Shown here piece by piece: positions 58,103-64,000 of a DNA stretch of 64,000 nucleotides (position 1 is the first letter of the stretch; each line of letters starts with the position of its first letter). Both the position numbers and the translations under genes were made by a program. The notes below the pieces were generated by a model. That model ran no database searches. It was not told the origin of the DNA and saw only the letters and a program-made list of their open reading frames with translations. This DNA is from Alphaproteobacteria bacterium (lineage in GTDB: Bacteria; Pseudomonadota; Alphaproteobacteria; SP197). The stretch is taken from the NCBI GenBank assembly GCA_964291415.2, contig OZ219918.1, positions 800,001-864,000 on the forward strand, read 5' to 3'.

Positions 58103-59513
58103 TCTTCCCCACGTCACGCCGATGTCCGGGAACCGCACCCCGAGCCAGCTGGGTGGTACACGCGGAAGCACGATGAACGTGGCGCAACACCCCTTGCCGT
58201 GGGAGTGCAACGAGAAGAACGGGATGTGGATGTCCTAGTCGAAGTGTCGACTCAGGAATCCTGCGATTTCGGTGAGGGACGCCTCGGCTTCCGGAATGCC
58301 TGGGTAGTACTCGAACACGTGCCACAGTCCTTCCCATACCCGCAACGTGGACTCGACACCGGACTCCCGCAGAACGCGATCCAGCCGCACACATCCGCTC
58401 AACATGAAATCGCGCGTGCCCGTGGTCAGCATGACGGGCGGAAAGCTGGCATCGAAAGGACCATTGATCGGCGAGAGTCCCGGGTCAGCCAGGTCAGCGC
58501 CGTCAGGAACAAGACAAGAATGAAAGAACTCCGCATCAGCGGCTCGCACAAAGGGATCCCGGTTTGCAAGGCCACTATCCCCAAAATCAGCCAGGTCCAC
58601 CGCAGGAGAAAGAAGGGCCAGCGCCCGGGGTTGAGGGCGATTGTCCGCCCGCAACCGATGTACAGCTGCGAGGGCCAGATTGCCACCGGCGGATTCGCCG
58701 CAAAGGCAGACACCGGGCGCATCCGCGAGGATCGATGCGATGACGTTGGTGCAAGCGTCAAGGGCGGCCGGGTACGGATACTCCGGAGCCAGAGGATACT
58801 CGGGAGCGATCACCCGTGCCCCCGTCTTCGCGGACAAACTTGCTGAGATCGGCAAATCTTCGAACGGACTGCCCAGCGCGAATCCACCGCCGAACAGATA
58901 CACGATCTGGCGATTCGAACGCCGCCGAGGCGGGTCAATCACCATGCACGCAACGTCCGAAATCACCCGTTCAGACAAGGTCACCCCGGTTTCCTTCACC
59001 GCAGCATTGCAGGCAGATTCGCAAGCCGCACGTGACGACTCGCGGATTTCGGAAACAGGCCTGCTCATGTCGCGGCCAGGTGTTTCTGCCGCTTGAGCTG
59101 CAAGCGCCCTGGCGGCCTCGCTGATCACGGCGACATTGTGCGGTTTCCTGGAACGTGGTTCCGTCATCCGGAGTTCTCCCCGCTATGCATCGCGATCCAG
59201 CAGCACGGACCCATTCAAGGTTTGTCACAGAGTGAGCGAATGTCCAGCACCGGAATGCCGGACCGACTCAATTCAATCCGGCGAAGCACACGTCGTCGAT
59301 CCTTGCACACAAGGAGGCGCCGGCCTCCCAGACCGTTGCGGAACAGGTGTTTCGAATGCAAACGCGCTTGGCGGGAGCCTTGTCGCGGCACGATCGCCCG
59401 CCCTTGTCAGGCGGGTCACAGGGGTGGTACATCTGCCCCGCTCGGTGCTGCAATAGGCCATTGAAATTGCGGGGTTCTTCAATTCGTCTTCGACGGTCCT
59501 GCCGGGCCCGCCA
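58103..59513. mobile_element. Integrase-less genomic islet integrated at tRNA-Ile2
   Basis: tRNA 3' end GTCCTGCCGGGCCCACCA (58085-58102) recurs as GTCCTGCCGGGCCCGCCA (59496-59513); GGGTGGTACA at both 58151 and 59422. Confidence 0.7.
58235..59167 (-). CDS. HSL-family alpha/beta hydrolase (esterase)
   Basis: FGGGF, GESAGG, WHVF. Confidence 0.9.
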   Translation of the reverse strand: MTEPRSRKPHNVAVISEAARALAAQAAETPGRDMSRPVSEIRESSRAACESACNAAVKETGVTLSERVISDVACMVIDPPRRRSNRQIVYLFGGGFALGSPFEDLPISASLSAKTGARVIAPEYPLAPEYPYPAALDACTNVIASILADAPGVCLCGESAGGNLALAAVHRLRADNRPQPRALALLSPAVDLADFGDSGLANRDPFVRAADAEFFHSCLVPDGADLADPGLSPINGPFDASFPPVMLTTGTRDFMLSGCVRLDRVLRESGVESTLRVWEGLWHVFEYYPGIPEAEASLTEIAGFLSRHFD

Positions 59514-59550
59514 GTCCACCCGTTCTTCCGGAGTTTCCCTCAACGCCATC

Positions 59551-60015
59551 ATGTCCGCCGACGAGGTCCGTGAACTTGCCGACATTGCCGCGCTCGAAGG
59601 CCTGGCAGCATATCTTGGCGACATCCTGGGACCGGGTGACGTCGTGCTGCTCGAGGGCCCTATCGGTGTCGGCAAGACCCGCCTCGTGAGCGCCTTCGTG
59701 GCGGCCCTTGGGTCGACCGATCAGGTGACAAGTCCGACCTACACACTGATGCATGTCTACGAAACGCCTCGCCTGCCGGTGCTGCATCTCGATGCCTATC
59801 GCCTGTCGGGGGTGCAGGAGTACCTCGACCTCGGTGCCGGGGACTTCGCCCACGACTCCATCACCATGGTGGAATGGGGTGACAGGATTGCCGACGCCCA
59901 CCCGGAACACCTCGGACTCGTTCTCGAGTTCGGTCAATCAGGCGATACGTCCCGTCGCTGCACCATCAGACGGCGTGGCCGGTCCTGGCCGCTGCCCGGC
60001 ACTCTCGCCCCGTGA
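59551..60015 (+). CDS. tsaE: t6A biosynthesis ATPase TsaE
   Basis: GPIGVGKT, VTSPTYTL, HLDAYRL, VEWG. Confidence 0.92.
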   Translation: MSADEVRELADIAALEGLAAYLGDILGPGDVVLLEGPIGVGKTRLVSAFVAALGSTDQVTSPTYTLMHVYETPRLPVLHLDAYRLSGVQEYLDLGAGDFAHDSITMVEWGDRIADAHPEHLGLVLEFGQSGDTSRRCTIRRRGRSWPLPGTLAP

Positions 60016-60653
60016 CCACGATTCTCTGCATCGAGACCGCGGCACCATCAATCATGGTGGCGTTCGGGGAGTCCGGCCAGGTCCTCTTCGAGGACAGGCC
60101 TGATGGCGGAAGGGTCGATGGACCCGTGTACCTTGCTGACGCGGTGCGCCGCGGTCTTGCCGGGACCGGTCTCCGCAAGGGCGACATTGGTGCCGTAGCC
60201 GTCGACCTCGGACCGGGGGGGCTCACCGCGACACGCGGTGGCGTGACCTTCGCCAACGCGCTGGCATGGGGGCTGGGGGCCCCCCTCATTCCACTTGACT
60301 ACTTCGATCTCGTCACGGCCGAGACACAGGCCACCTCCACGGTGGTCTGCATCAGGCCGACGACTGCTGGCCAGGGATTCTTCAGGGAAGGGGAGGGGCC
60401 GCTCATGGTCGATGATCTCGCCACGCTTTCCCGGCAATGCCGAGCCCGACCGGCGGACATTGTCCTGGCAGGCGTCGTCACGCCGGAGGTGACGGCACTC
60501 TTCCCGGGCAGCGGCATCGGCGCTGCAGAGGCCAGCGCCGCCACCATGGTGCGTTGCGCGGGCGAGGCCTTCGCCGCCGGGCAGCGCTCACTTGAACCCC
60601 TCGAGCCGCTGACCGCGGCCTCCCTTGCGGTCGGAGGCGATGACCGTGGTTGA
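60012..60653 (+). CDS. tsaB: TsaB-like protein, divergent
   Basis: ILCIET, IGAVAVDLGPGGLTATRGG (canonical GPGSFTGLRIG), context. Confidence 0.75.
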   Translation: MTTILCIETAAPSIMVAFGESGQVLFEDRPDGGRVDGPVYLADAVRRGLAGTGLRKGDIGAVAVDLGPGGLTATRGGVTFANALAWGLGAPLIPLDYFDLVTAETQATSTVVCIRPTTAGQGFFREGEGPLMVDDLATLSRQCRARPADIVLAGVVTPEVTALFPGSGIGAAEASAATMVRCAGEAFAAGQRSLEPLEPLTAASLAVGGDDRG

Positions 60654-61263
60654 CATCCTTGATGCTGGAGGGCGTGACACCGTGGAGAGGACACGCCGTG
60701 TCCTCGAAGCGGGCGGTGTTGTCGTCCTGCCGACGGATACGGTCTACGGTCTCGCCGTCAGTCCCGATCACGACGACGCCATCGATCGCCTGTTCGTTCT
60801 CAAGCAGCGTCCCCGGCAGAGAAACCTTCCGGTCATGGTGGACTCGCCCGGCAGCCTCGCTCCGTTGGGCGTCGCAATCGGCGAGGGAGCCCGCCGCCTG
60901 CTTGAATCGAACCTGATGCCGGGACCGCTGACAGTGGTCCTGGGATTCGGCCACGAGGGTCCCTGTTCGTGGCTGGAAGGACGCCATGAGGTGGCGGTCC
61001 GTATTCCTGCGGAGCCGTTCATGCTGAGTCTCCTCCAGGCCACGGGACCGTTGCTCGTTACCAGCGCCAATCTCCACGGTTTGCCGACGATGCAGACGGT
61101 GGCGGACATCCTCCTTCAGTTCACACGCGAACCGGCGCTGGCGGTTGACGGAGGGCCGCGCGAGAATGTGCCCTCCACCCTCGTCAACTGTGCCGTCGAC
61201 CCACCCGTCATCGAGCGCGAAGGCGTCGTCAGCCGTTCCAGGATCACGGAGATCCTGGAGTGA
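60640..61263 (+). CDS. tsaC: L-threonylcarbamoyladenylate synthase (YrdC domain only)
   Basis: PTDTVYGL, KQRP, PGPLT, VAVRIP, TSAN, PST. Confidence 0.9.
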   Translation: MTVVDILDAGGRDTVERTRRVLEAGGVVVLPTDTVYGLAVSPDHDDAIDRLFVLKQRPRQRNLPVMVDSPGSLAPLGVAIGEGARRLLESNLMPGPLTVVLGFGHEGPCSWLEGRHEVAVRIPAEPFMLSLLQATGPLLVTSANLHGLPTMQTVADILLQFTREPALAVDGGPRENVPSTLVNCAVDPPVIEREGVVSRSRITEILE

Positions 61264-62255
61264 GCGGAGACCTCATCCTGGGGATCGAATCCTCTTGCGA
61301 CGACACGGCCGTTGCCGTTGTCGACAGGGAGGGTCGGGTGCTGGCGTCCGGCGTGGCGCGCCAGGATGCCATCCACGCACCCTGGGGTGGTGTGTGGCCG
61401 GAACTTGCATCGCGCGCCCATGTGCGCGCCATCATTCCGGCCATTGACCAGGCGATGAGGGATGCACACGCATCGCCGGACCGGCTCGCCGCCATCGCCG
61501 TGACGCGCGGACCGGGCCTGATCGGTTCCCTCCTGGTGGGGCTCAACGCGGCGGCGGCACTCGCCATCGCCTGGGATGTTCCGGTGATCGGAGTCAACCA
61601 TCTCCGGGGCCACCTGCGCAGCGCCGATCTTGAGGGCGCCAGAGTGACGTTTCCGGCGACGATTCTGCTCGTTTCAGGGGGGCACACCTTTCTTGCCCAC
61701 ATGGCGGACCGCCGGAATGTGCGCGTTCTCGGGGCAACGCGCGATGATTCCGTTGGCGAGGCCTACGACAAGGTCGCCCGCCTCATGGGCATGGGGTTTC
61801 CGGGAGGGCCACTCATTGACCGCCTGGCGAAAGAGGGCCGACCCGTGATCGACCTGCCGCGGCCGATGATCCGCGAAGGCCTGGAGTTCTCCTTCTCGGG
61901 GCTGAAATCGGCCGTTGCCCGCACGCTCGAACGCTCACCTGCAACCGATCACGCGGACCTTGCCGCTTCCTTCGTCGACGTCGTCATCGACGTTCTCGTC
62001 ACCAAGTGCCGGCGTGCCCTCGACGCCGTTCCGGGCCGTTCCCTGGTGGTCGTCGGGGGGGTTGCCGCAAGCCCGCAGCTGCGCCACAGCATGGGCGAAC
62101 TTGCAGGCGATGCCGGAGTCGAGCTCTGTCTGCCGCCATTGAAGTGGTCGACGGACAATGGCGCCATGATCGCCCTGGCGGGCTGGGACTACCTTGATGC
62201 CGGAATCCGCCCGCTTCCCGCAGCCACGCCGCGCCTGCCGGTGACCGAGATGTAA
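61260..62255 (+). CDS. tsaD: tRNA threonylcarbamoyltransferase TsaD
   Basis: GIESSCDDT, GPGLIGSL, HLRGH, VSGGHT, GEAYDK, FSFSGLKS, TDNGAMIA. Confidence 0.92.
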   Translation: MSGDLILGIESSCDDTAVAVVDREGRVLASGVARQDAIHAPWGGVWPELASRAHVRAIIPAIDQAMRDAHASPDRLAAIAVTRGPGLIGSLLVGLNAAAALAIAWDVPVIGVNHLRGHLRSADLEGARVTFPATILLVSGGHTFLAHMADRRNVRVLGATRDDSVGEAYDKVARLMGMGFPGGPLIDRLAKEGRPVIDLPRPMIREGLEFSFSGLKSAVARTLERSPATDHADLAASFVDVVIDVLVTKCRRALDAVPGRSLVVVGGVAASPQLRHSMGELAGDAGVELCLPPLKWSTDNGAMIALAGWDYLDAGIRPLPAATPRLPVTEM

Positions 62256-62447
62256 CAGGTCGCCCGCCTCCGTGGGGTCATGTCCTCGCGGAATAGCCTT
62301 TTCCTGGAATGCGGGTTGACGACCGTTTCGGTCCTTCTCACCGGCCACCCGCATTCTGCGCCGCCACGCCAGGCGAGCCGCCCGGTTGGCGGACAAATTT
62401 CCGATGCACTACCATTCGAATCGAACCGGTCGACGGGGACGGGGTCA

Positions 62448-63290
62448 ATGGTCGCGCAAGTCAGGCGTCTGCCGGGCGATGCCGGTGTCGAGGACATCAT
62501 CGAGGCGGTGGACGCAGACGGCGTCGCAATCGTGAGGGATTTCGTTGCGGTGGAATGGCTCGAACGCTTCAACGCCGAGATCCAGCCCGCCGTCGACAAG
62601 GCGAGGCGATACGTCTTCGGCAACGAAGCGATCGACGAATTTCTGGGCGGTCGGACGGTTCGCCTGCACGGTCTGGTCGCCAAGGCGCCGAGCTTCGCCG
62701 AGCTCATGATCGACGCGCGATTGCTGGCCCTGATGGACCACTACCTGCTGCCGCACTGCTCCAGCTACCTCTTCAGCGCCGGCGAACTGATCGAGATCAG
62801 GGGAGGGGAGAACGCACAGCGCTTCCACATCGACGACGGCTCCTGGCCGGTCTGGCCACGGGTCGGCGCAAAGCTCCTGCAGATGAACATCATGCTCGCC
62901 GGCACGGATTTCACCGCAACGAACGGCGCAACGCTCGTCGTGCCCGGCAGCCACCTTTGGGAGGACGAGCGCGAGCCCGCCGCCGCCGAGATCGCGCAGG
63001 CGGCAATGCCGGCTGGCTCGGTCGCCGTCATTCGGGGCGACTGCACGCATGCCGGCGGCGCCAACACCGACGGCACCAGACGACGCGCCATCTCGTTCTC
63101 CTATTGCTTGGGGTGGCTGCGTCCCGTCGAAAACAGCTATCTCAACCTGCCGCTCGAGGTCGTGGCGCGCCTGCCCGTCCGTGTCCGCGAACTCCTGGGC
63201 TACGAGATCTACGACGGCTCCGGCCGGGAGAATTCCGGCTTCCTGGGCTACTACGAGATGGGAAGCCCGCGGGCCCTGTTCGAGACGTAG
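62448..63290 (+). CDS. Phytanoyl-CoA dioxygenase-family Fe(II)/2OG oxygenase
   Basis: QRFHIDD (HxD), NGATLVVPGSH, HAGGAN, GWLRPVEN. Confidence 0.9.
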   Translation: MVAQVRRLPGDAGVEDIIEAVDADGVAIVRDFVAVEWLERFNAEIQPAVDKARRYVFGNEAIDEFLGGRTVRLHGLVAKAPSFAELMIDARLLALMDHYLLPHCSSYLFSAGELIEIRGGENAQRFHIDDGSWPVWPRVGAKLLQMNIMLAGTDFTATNGATLVVPGSHLWEDEREPAAAEIAQAAMPAGSVAVIRGDCTHAGGANTDGTRRRAISFSYCLGWLRPVENSYLNLPLEVVARLPVRVRELLGYEIYDGSGRENSGFLGYYEMGSPRALFET

Positions 63291-63364
63291 GGCACTCCGG
63301 TTTTGCTCGCAAACCAGGAGCAGCGCGCAACAGGCGCATGAAACGAGGTTGGCGTTCATTGCTT

Positions 63365-63561
63365 TTGGTGCGCGAGAATGGAATCCCGGTCGAACTGCAG
63401 CCCGGTCGTCACGCCAACGACGAGATGTCTTCCTTCGACTTCCGCAATCCTTCGGGCTGGATGATCGAATACGGTTGGGGCGCCCGGCCCGCGACCCAAC
63501 AGTCCGAGAGGGGTGTTCCCGGGACATTCTCGATCATGCTCCCCAAGCAGCAAGCTTCTGA
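63365..63561 (+). pseudogene. Extradiol dioxygenase (VOC, BphC/HsaC-like) C-terminal remnant
   Basis: GRHANDEMSSFDFRNPSGWMIEYGWGAR with no N-terminal domain. Confidence 0.65.
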
Positions 63562-63647
63562 AGCCGGGTGGTCATGGCGACCACAATGCGGCCCGCTTCC
63601 TGCAGCCACACCGCACCTGCCGGGGACCGAGACGTAGCAGGCCGGAT

Positions 63648-64000
63648 TCAAGTGTGCTGCCTTATGAACTCCTTCATGAGACGGGCGACGTCGTCGGGGG
63701 CTTCGGTCAGGATGGCATGCTTGAGGCCGGGAAGGATGTGGAGCGATGAATGCGGGATGGTCGCGTGCATATAGTGGGCCATGCGGGCATTCGAACCGAG
63801 ATCGAGTTCCCCCGTCACGATCAGCGTGCGTGCCGTGATGTCGCGCAAGCGTTCGGCAAAGTCGGTCTCGGTGAGGACTCGGTAGGAGGCGGCATAGGCC
63901 GCCGGATCGTTCTGCTGGTTGGCCTCGGACTGACGGGCGATGATGCCAGGATGGCGCTGGATGAAGTCGTCAGTGAACCAGCGGCTGACGGAAGCCTCGA
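63648..64000 (-). CDS. Alpha/beta hydrolase (3-oxoadipate enol-lactonase-like), C-terminal part
   Basis: RWFTDDF, TLIVTGELD, LKHAILTEAP; 5' end lies outside the window. Confidence 0.8.
   Translation of the reverse strand, partial: EASVSRWFTDDFIQRHPGIIARQSEANQQNDPAAYAASYRVLTETDFAERLRDITARTLIVTGELDLGSNARMAHYMHATIPHSSLHILPGLKHAILTEAPDDVARLMKEFIRQHT

Noticed and set aside
63963-63976. 14-nt reverse-complement match to the mosaic junction at 35196-35209 (TCACTGACGACTTC)
   Set aside because: A single short match inside ordinary coding sequence; chance cannot be excluded.

Overview
GC-rich bacterial chromosome segment, most likely alphaproteobacterial, judged from the carA/carB-YqeY-dnaG-rpoD-tRNA-Ile2, trxB-LysR, hspQ and ELM1 arrangements. 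Housekeeping genes (uvrB, folB, trxB, carAB, dnaG, rpoD, aatA, msrP, glpK) are interleaved with catabolic clusters: (i) a sodium:solute symporter and DUF4212 divergent from a membrane-anchored DEDDh exonuclease and a CBS-domain gene; (ii) an N-methylglutamate-pathway-like operon in atypical form; (iii) a 13-kb cluster with two cytoplasmic Asp-box (sialidase-like) paralogs, DapA-like aldolase, enolase, dehydrogenases, a sugar ABC transporter and a GlxA regulator; (iv) a histamine/trimethylamine dehydrogenase-like gene with acyl-CoA enzymes. The standout is a compact, translationally coupled tsaE-tsaB-tsaC-tsaD operon with non-canonical TsaB/TsaD motifs. It lies immediately beyond a duplicated tRNA-Ile2 3' end (att-like site) and is a candidate second or repurposed threonylcarbamoyl-transfer system. 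Other features read from the sequence include a higA gene split by a decayed IS256 (8-bp TSD), an integrase-less 1.4-kb tRNA island, a templated-insertion mosaic inside an esterase, and several short gene remnants. All calls come from motif recognition by eye; no searches were run.
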